NCBI GenBank assembly: GCA_963768705.1
Contig: CAVYJE010000024.1
Coordinates: 40,786-104,785, forward strand
Origin: an uncultured Chloroflexia bacterium
Lineage (GTDB): Bacteria; Chloroflexota; Dehalococcoidia; DSTF01; WHTK01
Length of the DNA: 64,000 nucleotides
Direction: 5' to 3'
Position numbers and translations under genes: made by a program. Numbering within the stretch: the first letter of the stretch is position 1; each line of letters begins with the position of its first letter. The notes beneath the pieces were generated by a model. It saw only the letters and a program-made list of their open reading frames with translations. It was not told the DNA's origin and did no database searches. This document shows, one piece after another, positions 1 to 9,021 of this stretch.

Positions 1-176
1 ACGTACGCACGGATCGCATCGCGGCCTTCGTAGCGTCCGGAGCTGCCGTCAAAAACGCCGTCCGGGGCGAAGTTGTCGACGTAGCCATCGAGGTCGCCGC
101 CGTCGAACTTGAAGGCGTAGTCGGCGATGAGGTTCATGACGGCGACTTTGTCTTCGGGGGTCATGGTGTCGGGCAT
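1..176 (-). CDS. SnoaL-like / NTF2-fold protein, N-terminal part only (C-terminus beyond window edge)
   Basis: Reverse ATG at 176-174 preceded by AAGGAGGC. My translation MPDTMTPEDKVAVMNLIADYAFKFDGGDLDGYVDNFAPDGVF... parallels the N-terminus of the neighbouring paralog. Confidence 0.5.
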   Translation of the reverse strand, partial: MPDTMTPEDKVAVMNLIADYAFKFDGGDLDGYVDNFAPDGVFDGSSGRYEGRDAIRAY

Positions 177-186
177 CGAAGCCTCC

Positions 187-618
187 TTAGTCCCGCCGGC
201 CGTACAGCTCGCCGTGGATGATGCGGTGCTGGAACCGCCAGCGGCCATCGACCTTTACGATTACGTCCTCGTAGCGCCCGACCAGGGGCGACCGAATGCT
301 GCGTGTGGGGTCGTAGTCGAGGATGACGCAGTAGGTCTGAGCCGTGCAGCGGTCGCCGTCGCCCTCGATGTGGGGCAGGCCGACGAAGTGGCGCAAGGTT
401 GCCGGGTCGCCGCCGACATGGCCGCTAGCGATCAGGCCGGACACCCATTCGCGAATGGCAGCCGAGCCGTTCAACCGCCGATCGCCGCCGGTGAGGTCGA
501 GCGTGGCATCGGGCAGGAAGTTGTCGGCGTAGTCGTCTGCCCTGCCGGAGTCGATGGCGAGCGCGTAGCTGGTCAAGAGGTTGATGACGGCAAAGTGGTC
601 TTCGGGGGCTAGTGGCAT
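187..618 (-). CDS. SnoaL-like (NTF2 superfamily) protein
   Basis: ORF 187..675 trimmed to the internal ATG at 618, which has an AAGGAGGA RBS. Sequence MPLAPEDHFAVINLLTSYALAIDSGRADDYADNF... is typical of the SnoaL_4-type fold. Confidence 0.75.
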   Translation of the reverse strand: MPLAPEDHFAVINLLTSYALAIDSGRADDYADNFLPDATLDLTGGDRRLNGSAAIREWVSGLIASGHVGGDPATLRHFVGLPHIEGDGDRCTAQTYCVILDYDPTRSIRSPLVGRYEDVIVKVDGRWRFQHRIIHGELYGRRD

Positions 619-647
619 GAGATCCTCCTTCGCGCTTGCGGTGGCAA

Positions 648-695
648 CACCCCGGGCTGAACCCCGGGGCAACACCCGAGCTGGACCCCGAGGCT
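648..695. repeat. REP-like GC hairpin (CCCCGGG-ctgaa-CCCCGGGG) plus a degenerate second copy
   Basis: Same hairpin as the 8-copy array at 1447-1766. Sits in the gap between two minus-strand genes. Confidence 0.7.
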
Positions 696-745
696 GCGGG
701 TGACAGTACCAGTCGATCCAGGCCGCGTCCGGTTCGCCACGGTGC

Positions 746-1393
746 CTACGACTCCAGCCAGAGCACGTCGCCGCTGAGGTCCGGGTCGTGGGGCTTGCTC
801 TCGAAGATGGCGAACTCGGCTTTCGAGGCAGCGATGGTCGTGTTGTCGCCGTGGCCGGGGTAGACGGCGACGTCGTCGGGGAGCACGTAGAGCCGGCTCT
901 TGATCGACTCGATCTCCTGCAGAAGGAGCTCGTTGCTTCGGGTGCGGCCGGGGCCGCCGGGGAAGAGCGTGTCGCCGCTGAGCAGGTGGTTTCCGGTGAG
1001 GAGACACATGTGGCCAGGGGTGTGTCCGGGCGTGAAGATGGCCTTGATTTGCAGGCCGCCGACCTCGATGACGTCGCCGTCAGCGATGCTCTGGGTGACG
1101 TACTGCTCGTAGGGCTCGCGGTCGTCAGCGCCGGTGAGCACGGGCGCTTCGATGAAGCCGAGCATGGTGTCGATGCCGGCCCAGTGGTCGCGGTGGCGGT
1201 GGGTGACGATGAGCGAACGCACGTTGAGGCCTTCGAGGGCGGGCTTGATCGCCTCGCAGCCCTCGGGCGCGTCGATGACGACGGCGTCGTGGGTCTGGTT
1301 GTCAGAGAGGACGTAGCAGTTGTTGGACGCGAAGCCCAGGGGGCCGATCTTGACGAGGGTGAGCCGGCCGTCGGTCACGGTTTCGGTTGGCAT
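746..1393 (-). CDS. MBL-fold metallo-hydrolase (glyoxalase II-like)
   Basis: ORF 746..1630 trimmed to the ATG at 1393 (GGAGG RBS). HxHxDH motif THRHRDHWAG. The upstream part of the ORF is translated repeat DNA. Confidence 0.85.
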   Translation of the reverse strand: MPTETVTDGRLTLVKIGPLGFASNNCYVLSDNQTHDAVVIDAPEGCEAIKPALEGLNVRSLIVTHRHRDHWAGIDTMLGFIEAPVLTGADDREPYEQYVTQSIADGDVIEVGGLQIKAIFTPGHTPGHMCLLTGNHLLSGDTLFPGGPGRTRSNELLLQEIESIKSRLYVLPDDVAVYPGHGDNTTIAASKAEFAIFESKPHDPDLSGDVLWLES

Positions 1394-1446
1394 TGGGGCA
1401 CCTCCATCGGGGAGTCTACAACCCTTGGGCCGCGGCGGGTGTACGG

Positions 1447-1766
1447 GACCCCGGGCTGAACCCCGGGGCATCGGGAGGCAGTGCAGGACCCCGGGCTGAA
1501 CCCCGGGGCATCGGGAGGCTGTGCAGGACCCCGGGCTGAACCCCGGGGCATCGGGGAGGCTGTGCAGGACCCCGGGCTGAACCCGGGGCATCGGGAGGGT
1601 GTACGGACCCCGGGCTGAACCCCGGGGCATCGGGAGGCAGTGCAGGACCCCGGGCTGAATTCCGGGGCATCGGGGCGCAGTGCAGGACCCCGGGCTGAAC
1701 CCCGGGGCATCGGGGAGGCAGTGCAGGACCCCGGGCTGAACTCCGGGGCATCGGGGCGCTGGGGAA
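1447..1766. repeat. Tandem array, 8 copies of a ~40-bp unit (GACCCCGGGCTGAACCCCGGGGCATCGGGAGGCAGTGCAG)
   Basis: Unit starts read at 1447, 1487, 1527, 1568, 1606, 1646, 1686 and 1727. Every unit carries the same hairpin and there are no unique spacers. Confidence 0.9.
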
Positions 1767-1820
1767 CCTCACCCCCGGTCGCTGCGGCGACCACCCCCTC
1801 TCCGATTTCGGAGAGGGGGA
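1767..1820. repeat. Composite hairpin element CTCACCCCC-[short hairpin]-CCCCCTCTCCGATTTCGGAGAGGGGG, copy 1 of 3
   Basis: Near-identical copies at 11354-11392 and 21391-21443. Confidence 0.8.
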
Positions 1821-2177
1821 CGCCTGCTTCGAGATGATCGTGGCGAATTCGGTGGGTTGGCGGACCCCTCCCTTAATCCCTCCCCGTTGACGGAGAGGGA
1901 CATACCGCCGTGCTGATTCGCGAGGGGATGTCAGGCGCTTGCGTCGCGGTCTGGCCCAACCTGCAGGAGGACGGAGCAACGTGGATTCGGGTTTCGGAGA
2001 GAGGGACGCCTGCTGCGAGATGATCGTGGCGAACTCGGTGGGTTGGCGGACCCCTCCCTTAATCCCTCCCCGTTGACGGAGAGGGACATCACTCTGTGCT
2101 GATTCGCGAGGGGTTGTCAGGCGCTTTCGTTGCAATCTGGCCCAACCTGCAGGAGGACAGAGCAATGGGGATTCGGG
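1806..2177. repeat. Direct repeat, 2 copies of ~186 bp
   Basis: Copy 1 from 1806 and copy 2 from 1992 align almost base for base (TTTCGGAGAG.GGGACGCCTGCT.CGAGATGATCGTGGCGAA.TCGGTGGGTTGGCGGACCCCTCCCTTAATCCCTCCCCGTTGACGGAGAGGGACAT...). Confidence 0.9.
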
Positions 2178-2223
2178 CTAGAATCGGGCACGCTGAATGC
2201 AGCTTAGCCGGAGGAGATGGCCG

Positions 2224-3345
2224 ATGAAGATTTCGCACGTGAAGACTCGCACGCTCTCGACGCCTGCCGAACACCACCTGATTATCGATATGCAGGCGGA
2301 CGGGTCGTTTGGCGATGCGGCGGTGCCGGCTTCGACGGGGACGCGCGAGTTCGTGACGGTCGAGATGATGACGGACGAGGGCGTCGAGGGCATCGGCATC
2401 ACGTTCTTCGGGGCGGCGCTGACGAAGTCGCTCAAGGCCGCGGTCGATGCGCTCGGGGAGCTGGCGATTGGCGAGGACCCGATGCGCGTGGAGCAGGTGG
2501 CGGGGAAGCTGCGGGCGGCGGCTTCCGGCGCGGGGCCGGGCGGCATCTTCACGCTGGCGCTCTCGGCGCTCGACATCGCGATGTGGGACATCAAGGGCAA
2601 GGCGATGGGGCTGCCGGTTTCGAGGCTGGTCGGCGGTTATCGGGACCGGGCGCCGGTGTACGCGTCCGGGGCGTTGCTGCGACAGCACGGGCTGCGGTAC
2701 CTGGAGAAGGCGGGGCCGAAGCTGGTGGAGATGGGGTTCCGGCAGATGAAGACGCAGATGGGCTCCGAGCCGACGTTTGCTGCATCGGCGGAGCGCATCC
2801 GGGTGCTGCGCGAGGCGGTGGGGCCGGACATCGACATCATGTGCGACATCAACCAGCTCTGGAGCGCGAACCACGCGATCGAGGTGGGCAAGCGGGTGGA
2901 GCAGTACCACCTGTTCTGGCTCGAGGACGTGGTGGCGGCGGATGACTACCAGGGTCTGGCGAAGGTGGCGGACAACCTCTCGACGCCGATCGCGGCGGGG
3001 GAGTACGTGTACGGGATCACGCCGCACCGCCAGCTCATCGAGCACAGGTCGGTCGACATCGTGATGGTCGACCTCGTGCGCGTGGGCGGCGTGACGCAGT
3101 TCATGAAGGTGGCGGCGATGGCGGAGGCGTTCAATATGCCCGTGGTGAGCCACCTGATCCCGGAGTTCCAGGTGCATCTGATTTCAGCGATTCCGAACGG
3201 GCTGACCGTGGAGTACTTCCCCTGGACGAGCGCGCTCTACGAGGAGATGCCGAAGCGGGAGAACGGGATGATCGTGGTGCCGGAGAAGCCGGGCTTCGGG
3301 CTCAAGTTTGACCAGTCGGCGCTGGAGCGGTGGACGGTGGCGTAG
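2224..3345 (+). CDS. Enolase-superfamily enzyme (mandelate racemase/muconate lactonizing enzyme family, acid-sugar dehydratase-like)
   Basis: ATG 2224 with GGAGGAG RBS. Family-typical blocks MKISHVKT..., ALDIAMWDIKGK, FRQMKTQMG, IMCDINQLW, FWLEDV and DIVMVDLVRVGGVT. Confidence 0.85.
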   Translation: MKISHVKTRTLSTPAEHHLIIDMQADGSFGDAAVPASTGTREFVTVEMMTDEGVEGIGITFFGAALTKSLKAAVDALGELAIGEDPMRVEQVAGKLRAAASGAGPGGIFTLALSALDIAMWDIKGKAMGLPVSRLVGGYRDRAPVYASGALLRQHGLRYLEKAGPKLVEMGFRQMKTQMGSEPTFAASAERIRVLREAVGPDIDIMCDINQLWSANHAIEVGKRVEQYHLFWLEDVVAADDYQGLAKVADNLSTPIAAGEYVYGITPHRQLIEHRSVDIVMVDLVRVGGVTQFMKVAAMAEAFNMPVVSHLIPEFQVHLISAIPNGLTVEYFPWTSALYEEMPKRENGMIVVPEKPGFGLKFDQSALERWTVA

Positions 3346-3436
3346 AGATTGGATTCGGAGGCCTACACGGTCGCTGGGCGCGGATGGTCGACGGTATACT
3401 GGGGCTAACCCCCTGGAAGGGAGCGGACGTTCGATC

Positions 3437-3730
3437 ATGACGATGATGCCACCTGCGCCGGATGAAACAGCCCGAGTGATGATGTACCTGGCGCGCGAAC
3501 GCTCCGCAGCGATCTCGAAGATCGCTTTTGACCTGCGGCTCGATACGACCGAGGCGGCGCGGATTATCCATGAGCTGAGCAACCGAGGCCTGGTGCGGGA
3601 GGCCAACTCGGGACCGATGCGGAAGAGCGCCGTCCAGAGCGCAGCCCCCGGGCAGCCGGCCTACTACATCCTTAGCGAGAGCGGACTAGAAGCCGTGAAG
3701 CCCTTGCTAGCCAAGAGCGCCTGGAGCTAG
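3437..3730 (+). CDS. Small winged-helix DNA-binding protein (MarR/ArsR-like fold)
   Basis: ATG 3437 after GGAAGGGAG. ARVMMYLARERSAAISKIAFDLRLDTTEAARIIHELSNRGLV looks like an HTH plus wing. Visibly lower GC than the flanks. Confidence 0.55.
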   Translation: MTMMPPAPDETARVMMYLARERSAAISKIAFDLRLDTTEAARIIHELSNRGLVREANSGPMRKSAVQSAAPGQPAYYILSESGLEAVKPLLAKSAWS

Positions 3731-3750
3731 AGGACCGGTCCCGTTCGATC

Positions 3751-4419
3751 ATGAGTACCGAAGACCTTCTGGTGCTCATCGCCCTAATCGTCTTCTTTAC
3801 CGCGATCTTCGACGTCATCGACCTGCAGCCGCAGGTTGGGTCCGTGCGGTTCGTGGCGTCTTTCACGTACGCCTTTTACCTGCTGTTCCGGGTCGTCCTC
3901 CAGACGCTCGCGGGTCTGGTTCTGAATGAGACCATCGATCCCAGCCCTCAAGTCGCCTTGCTGGCCCTGATCAGCACGCTGGGCGGCGTAACGGTGCTGC
4001 AGAACTTCACGCTGAATATCAGCGGTACGGAGATCGCGAACTTCAGCGCCCTGGGGGAGCGATACAAAGCCCGCATGATCACAGAGGAGAGCGACCGGTA
4101 TGCGCTGGGGCAGCGCACGCGCTCCCTCGTGCTGCAGAGCGAGATCAGCAAGCTGTCCAGCGAGTATCTGAAACGCGAGCTGCGGAGGATGTACCTCTCG
4201 GTCGAGTACACGCCAGAGGACACAACGAAGCGCATCGGTGAACTTGAGCAGGCAGCGGAGACGGACTACGACCTCCGTACGATGCTCGCCGCTCGTATCG
4301 CGACGATCAATCCGGAGTACGCATCCCAGATCCTGGCGATGTCCACTCCAGCCGACCTGGCAGGGGCGTCAGACGACGATCCTATGGAACACCACATGGA
4401 TCACCACGAAACTAGCTAG
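3751..4419 (+). CDS. Hypothetical membrane protein (about 3 N-terminal TM helices + helical cytoplasmic domain, His-rich tail)
   Basis: ORF with ATG start 20 nt after the wHTH gene. Hydrophobic N-terminal third. No family recognised. My hand count of the first 60 nt gives 30 G+C. Confidence 0.55.
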   Translation: MSTEDLLVLIALIVFFTAIFDVIDLQPQVGSVRFVASFTYAFYLLFRVVLQTLAGLVLNETIDPSPQVALLALISTLGGVTVLQNFTLNISGTEIANFSALGERYKARMITEESDRYALGQRTRSLVLQSEISKLSSEYLKRELRRMYLSVEYTPEDTTKRIGELEQAAETDYDLRTMLAARIATINPEYASQILAMSTPADLAGASDDDPMEHHMDHHETS

Positions 4420-4602
4420 CGCCAACGCACTTCGGCACGGTGCGGCGCGTTCTTTTCGTCGGTGGCCGCCCGTACTCATTCTCGATGCATGAGGCGGCGT
4501 TTGTTGCTCCTCCAACGCGGCGCTTCTTGACGCCCTTCGTAGAAGAGATACCATCGATCTAGGCATTTGCCTGGGTTGGTGGAGGTGATTGAGGTGGAGA
4601 CA

Positions 4603-5142
4603 ATGGGGTTCGGGCTGCGTCGGCTGGCGGTGTGTTTGCCGCCGCTCATACTGACGGTCCTCGGGATTGCGATGCTGGCGGTGGCGCCCGCAGCCTGGGG
4701 GAAGGGCGACCAGGTGGACCTGCCGGGGTGGATGCCGACGGTCTCGGCCGTACTGTTCGGGGTCCCGGCTCTCGCCATCGGCCTGCTGTTCTTGCGCGAG
4801 ATCCTGCTCAGGACGCGGGAGGACTTCGCCGTGAGCCTGCTCCAGATGGCAGGGGCGATGCTGGCTATCGCGGTCGCGATGGCGCTCGAGTTCGTATTGA
4901 TTACTCGGGTCGCTAGCAGCGGGACCTACGAATCGCTGATGAACTCAGACGGCACCATTAACACGACGCCTTCTGCGTTCATGGTGTGGACGGTCGTCGG
5001 CGTGCTGATCATGTCGCTGCTCGTCGGAATGGCCGCGTACATCTACCGGCAGGCCGTAACGCCGATCTCGCATCGCTTCGACCGCGGGCCGGGCGAGCGC
5101 GATGTGATGGGCGAGATGTTGCACCATCAGCCGAGCGGCTAG
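4603..5142 (+). CDS. Hypothetical polytopic membrane protein
   Basis: ORF 4567..5142 trimmed to ATG 4603 (GAGGTGGAG RBS). Four to five hydrophobic segments. Confidence 0.5.
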   Translation: MGFGLRRLAVCLPPLILTVLGIAMLAVAPAAWGKGDQVDLPGWMPTVSAVLFGVPALAIGLLFLREILLRTREDFAVSLLQMAGAMLAIAVAMALEFVLITRVASSGTYESLMNSDGTINTTPSAFMVWTVVGVLIMSLLVGMAAYIYRQAVTPISHRFDRGPGERDVMGEMLHHQPSG

Positions 5143-5363
5143 TTCTCGCGCCGCCGCACGGTCCTCTGGTGGTCGGCAAGGTAGCTCGGGAGTCGGCTCG
5201 TAGGTGCAACGGACTCTGCCCTTGATGTGCGGCGCCGTCACAGCTAAAGGGCCATCGAAAGCGCTCTAGAGGCGGCTGGTTCCTTTTCGGCGCGGAGGGG
5301 TGCATGATCGCGCTCGGATGCAGACATGCATGGACAGTCGAGTTCTAGAGGAGATACACAAGG

Positions 5364-6464
5364 ATGGCTGACAAGATTCGCGTCGGTATCGTCGGCGCGA
5401 CCGTGACGCAGGGCGGCAGCGGCTGGGGGGCCAACGCTCACGTGCCCGCGCTCGACATTCTTCCCGATTACGAACTCATCGCCGTCTGCACGACGCGCGA
5501 CGAGACGGCTCAGGCGTCCAAGGAGAAGTTCGGCGCCAAGTACGCTTTCACCGACATCCACGAGATGGCGAAGCACCCGGAGGTCGACCTCGTCGCCGTC
5601 GTGGTGCGCGTGCCGGGGCACAAGGACCTGGTGATGGCGGGGCTGGAGGCGAACAAGGCCGTGTTCTGCGAGTGGCCGCTCGGCGCCAACCTTGCTGAGG
5701 CGGAGGAGATGGCCAAGGTTGCGAAAGAGCGCAACCTGAAGACGATCGTCGGCCTGCAGGCTCGCAGCGACCCGACGCTGATGTACGCGCGCGACCTGAT
5801 CAACGATGGCTACATCGGCGAGGTGCTGACGGCGAACCTGAGCGTGATCAGCGCCCAGGCGCTGGAGCGCGGCGCCGGCCGGATCTGGCAGGGCGATCGC
5901 AAGAACGGCGCCAACACCCTGACGATCTCGGGTGGGCACGCCATCGACGGCATGTGCTACGTGCTGGGTGAGTTCGAGGAGCTGGCAGCGCACCTGACGA
6001 CGCGGATCAAGGCGTGGAAGAGCACGGAGACGGGGCAGGACGTGCCGGTGGACTCGTCAGACAGCATCAGCGTGCTCGGGACTCTGAAGTCGGGCGCCGA
6101 GGTGTCGGTGCAGGTGGCGGCGATTCCGTTCAACCCCAGCGGCACGCGTCTGGAGATTTACGGCCGCAAGGGCACGATGGTGATCTCGGCGCCACGAGCG
6201 TTCAACATCGGCCCGAACGTGCTGTACGCCTCGCAGGGCAGCGATCCGCTGGCGGAGATGCCGCCACCGGACAAGTACGTGCTGGCGCCGGAGGGCACGC
6301 CGGCCGGCTCGCCGCGCAACGTGGCCCAGGCCTACACGCGGGCGGCGGACTTCCTCAACGGCAGCGGCAGCTTCGACGTCGACTTCGACCTGGCCGTGAC
6401 GCGTCACAAGCTGATCGACGCGATGGAGCGCTCGTCAGGTTGGGAGCGGTTCGAGAAGCCCTAG
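5364..6464 (+). CDS. Gfo/Idh/MocA family oxidoreductase
   Basis: N-terminal Rossmann motif IRVGIVGA. CEWPL motif typical of the family. Confidence 0.85.
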   Translation: MADKIRVGIVGATVTQGGSGWGANAHVPALDILPDYELIAVCTTRDETAQASKEKFGAKYAFTDIHEMAKHPEVDLVAVVVRVPGHKDLVMAGLEANKAVFCEWPLGANLAEAEEMAKVAKERNLKTIVGLQARSDPTLMYARDLINDGYIGEVLTANLSVISAQALERGAGRIWQGDRKNGANTLTISGGHAIDGMCYVLGEFEELAAHLTTRIKAWKSTETGQDVPVDSSDSISVLGTLKSGAEVSVQVAAIPFNPSGTRLEIYGRKGTMVISAPRAFNIGPNVLYASQGSDPLAEMPPPDKYVLAPEGTPAGSPRNVAQAYTRAADFLNGSGSFDVDFDLAVTRHKLIDAMERSSGWERFEKP

Positions 6465-6477
6465 TTGGAGGTGTCGC

Positions 6478-6840
6478 ATGGCTGACAACGTCGAGGTCTG
6501 GCGGCTGTTCGCGCTGCCGGACGGCACGAGCAGCATGGAGCGAGTCACCATCAAGCTGGAGGGCGGCCGTTCGCGGCTGCTCGCCGGCACCGGTGTGCAG
6601 GTCGTCTCGATGGCGGCAAACACTGAGTCAGCGTGGCACGTGGGGCCGCGTCGCCAGCTGATCGCGACGATCGCGGGCGCGGGTGAGCTGGAGACGGGCG
6701 ACGGCCAGAAGCTGACCGTGAAGCCCGGTGTGCTGACGCTGATCGAGGACCTGACGGGCAAGGGGCACCTGACGCGCAACGGCCCGGAAGGCCGGTTGTG
6801 CGTGTTCATGCCCCTGGACTCGGATACGCCGGTCGAATAG
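6478..6840 (+). CDS. Small cupin-like protein
   Basis: ATG 6478 with GGAGGTG RBS, 13 nt after the oxidoreductase. Beta-rich 120-aa sequence; fold assignment is tentative. Confidence 0.55.
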   Translation: MADNVEVWRLFALPDGTSSMERVTIKLEGGRSRLLAGTGVQVVSMAANTESAWHVGPRRQLIATIAGAGELETGDGQKLTVKPGVLTLIEDLTGKGHLTRNGPEGRLCVFMPLDSDTPVE

Positions 6841-6877
6841 CCGGCGCCAGCCGGTTAGTTGCGGACCACAGACTCAG

Positions 6878-6904
6878 CGAGAGGAGGGGGTATCCCTCCT
6901 CTCG
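6878..6904. terminator. Hairpin between convergent genes (CGAGAGGAGGG-ggtat-CCCTCCTCTCG)
   Basis: 11-bp perfect stem between the stop at 6840 (+) and the stop at 6911 (-). Confidence 0.5.
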
Positions 6905-6910
6905 GCTTTG

Positions 6911-8887
6911 CTAGCTCGCGCCGGGCTGCGAGGAATCAACCCACCAATTGATGCGTTCCTCTACCCAGATGTTGCCGCCGGCGTAGGTGTTGTTAAGGCC
7001 CACGTTGCCGATGGCCGGCCACCAGTTGCGGAAGAACTTCGCGTTGGTGGGGCGCGGGATGTTGTACATCTCGCCCGTGATGTAGCGGATGGCGTCGTGC
7101 ACGAGCTCCTTCTGGGTGTCGGAGTCGGGCTCGCCCTTGATCTTCTCGATCAGGGCGATCAGGTCCGGGTCGCCGTCGGCGACGGTGCCGCCGTCCGGGG
7201 CGGCGCCGTGGTAAAAGCCACCGTTGGGATGCATCATGCCGAAAAGGCCGGCGGCGACAGTCGGGAAGCCGCGGGTGGCGCGGTGGATGATGCCGGTAAG
7301 GCCGTCGTCGCCGCGTTGGGCGTACTTCTCCTTGAGGTAGAAGTCGTAGATCTCGCTGCGGTAGAAGGCGTAGGGCTGGCCGTCGCGATCCAGCGTCATG
7401 CCGCCTTCGGCCATCATGCCCTCGTAGACATCGAGCATCTGGTGGTAGGAGGCGCCGTAGGTGTTCTCCGAGTTGTAGTGCACGGGGAAGGTGACGCCGT
7501 CCGGATAGCCGGCCGCGGCCATGAGCTTCTTCGCCTCGGCGACGTCGTAACCTAGCCACTTCGCGTTTTCGCCGAACTCCGCTTCGTCCAGCGGGTCGAT
7601 CCAGTAGCCGATCTGGCCGGGTGCCACGATCGTGTTGCGGGCGATCTGGAGGTCCAGCCCTTCTGCCGCGTAGCCGTCCCGGTTCTCGACCACGTCGGCG
7701 AAGGCCTCGGAGTCGATGAGCAGCGAGAGGGCCTGGCGCATGCGGGAGTCCGTGAAGGGCGGGCCGTCCCAGCAGAAGGTGATGAACGGCGAGACGGAGG
7801 TCTGGAAGGTCGCGTCCTCGCGTAGCAGGGAATCGGGCGAGTCCTTCTTGAGCTGCACGACGTCGGTGGGATTGGCGACGGTGGTCCAGATGTTGCCGGC
7901 GCGGAACTGGGCCAGCTGCTGGGCGTAGTCCGGGACAATCGGGCGCTCAAGGAACTCCGGGAAGGGGCGGTTATCGACGTAGTAGTCCGGGTTCCTGCGC
8001 CACCGCACGCTGGCGGAGGGGACGTACTCGTCGAGGATCCAGGGACCGTGGCCGCGGATCTCGGACTGGGGATCGAACTGGCCATCGGACTCACGGGGCA
8101 TGATGTAGAAGTGGTCCCAGGCGGCGAAGAGCTGAATCAGGGATGAGTCGAACTGCTTGAGCTTCATGACGATCGTCTGGTCGTCTGGAGCAGAGATCGA
8201 GTCGATCGGGGCGCCAGGCGCTGTCTCGGCGTTGTAGACGAGGTCGGCGGCGCTGGCGTTGAGCTCGGCGTATTTGTTCCAGCTGAAGAGGATGTCCTCC
8301 GTATCGATCTCGCGGCCGTTGGTGGGCGCGCGGGAGTCCCACTTCATGCCGGGGCGGATCTTGAAGGTGACCTGGGTCCGGTCGCCGCTGATCTCGTAAG
8401 AGGTCGCGACTTCGCCTTCGATGGCGCCATCGGCGGGCTCCGGGTAGGTGCCGTACTTGAACTTGAGCAGCCTGGGATAGGCGAAGACTGCCGAGAAGTT
8501 GATCACCGGGTTGTTCGAGACCGCCAGGATGTCGAAGTGGAGCATGTCGGCGTTCTGGAAGTCGCGCAGGGTGCCGCCCGCGACTGCCTTTGCGGTGGTA
8601 TCCACCGGTTTCGACAGGAGCCCGCTGCTTGTATTACCCGTCGCACCGCTGCCGCCTGACGCACCGGTAGTAGGGCTTGAGCCGGTGGAGCCGGACGAGC
8701 CCGCGCTGGACGTGGGGGAGGTGTTGCTGCCGGTGGACGCCGTCGAGCCGCTTGTGGAGTCGTCGTCATCGTCGCCGCAGCCGATGAGGCTGAGGGCCGC
8801 GGCCCCGATTCCGATAACACCTGCGGCCTGGACCGCGCGCCGGCGGCTTGTTCGCTGTCGGGTAAACTTCGTCCAGTAGCTATCCAT
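6911..8887 (-). CDS. ABC transporter solute-binding lipoprotein, family 5 (peptide/oligosaccharide type), TAT-exported
   Basis: Twin-arginine TSRRRAV, lipobox LIGCG, Ser/Gly/Thr linker, then a long SBP_bac_5-like body. Confidence 0.85.
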   Translation of the reverse strand: MDSYWTKFTRQRTSRRRAVQAAGVIGIGAAALSLIGCGDDDDDSTSGSTASTGSNTSPTSSAGSSGSTGSSPTTGASGGSGATGNTSSGLLSKPVDTTAKAVAGGTLRDFQNADMLHFDILAVSNNPVINFSAVFAYPRLLKFKYGTYPEPADGAIEGEVATSYEISGDRTQVTFKIRPGMKWDSRAPTNGREIDTEDILFSWNKYAELNASAADLVYNAETAPGAPIDSISAPDDQTIVMKLKQFDSSLIQLFAAWDHFYIMPRESDGQFDPQSEIRGHGPWILDEYVPSASVRWRRNPDYYVDNRPFPEFLERPIVPDYAQQLAQFRAGNIWTTVANPTDVVQLKKDSPDSLLREDATFQTSVSPFITFCWDGPPFTDSRMRQALSLLIDSEAFADVVENRDGYAAEGLDLQIARNTIVAPGQIGYWIDPLDEAEFGENAKWLGYDVAEAKKLMAAAGYPDGVTFPVHYNSENTYGASYHQMLDVYEGMMAEGGMTLDRDGQPYAFYRSEIYDFYLKEKYAQRGDDGLTGIIHRATRGFPTVAAGLFGMMHPNGGFYHGAAPDGGTVADGDPDLIALIEKIKGEPDSDTQKELVHDAIRYITGEMYNIPRPTNAKFFRNWWPAIGNVGLNNTYAGGNIWVEERINWWVDSSQPGAS

Positions 8888-9021
8888 TGACGTGACCCTC
8901 CAAACTAATTAATTACAAGTAATAATCAATGGGGTGCCCACTTATCGCGGGAGCCTACGCCAATCGTCAAGTTTGTCAACAAAGTGAAATAATTCGCAGA
9001 GAGAAGCTCTCGGAGGACACG
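8888..9021. promoter_or_regulatory. AT-rich divergent promoter region with direct repeat GTCAA-gttt-GTCAA
   Basis: The only strongly AT-rich stretch nearby (AACTAATTAATTACAAGTAATAATCAAT). Lies between divergently transcribed genes. No specific operator identified. Confidence 0.35.

Noticed and set aside
746-1630. N-terminal extensions of track ORFs running through repeat DNA. Examples: 1394-1630 of the MBL ORF, 1375-2165, 11349-12263 and 21319-21729.
   Set aside because: The extensions translate REP or tandem-repeat sequence (PGFSPGSCTAS..., SPKSERG...). They lie upstream of well-placed ATG + GGAGG starts.
1447-1766. Possible CRISPR array (regular ~40-bp period, palindromic repeat)
   Set aside because: Each 40-bp unit is conserved along its whole length, so there are no unique spacers. 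No cas genes are nearby. It is a tandem hairpin repeat.
2089-3177. Long antisense or off-frame ORFs opposite real genes. Examples: 2089-3177, 5244-5993, 25003-25989, 25646-26968, 51088-52536, 58323-59270, 61202-62809, 6908-7555 and 14986-16269.
   Set aside because: Their Arg/Pro/His/Ala-rich compositions are typical of wrong-frame translation of high-GC DNA. Each is fully overlapped by a gene with clear family motifs on the other strand or frame.
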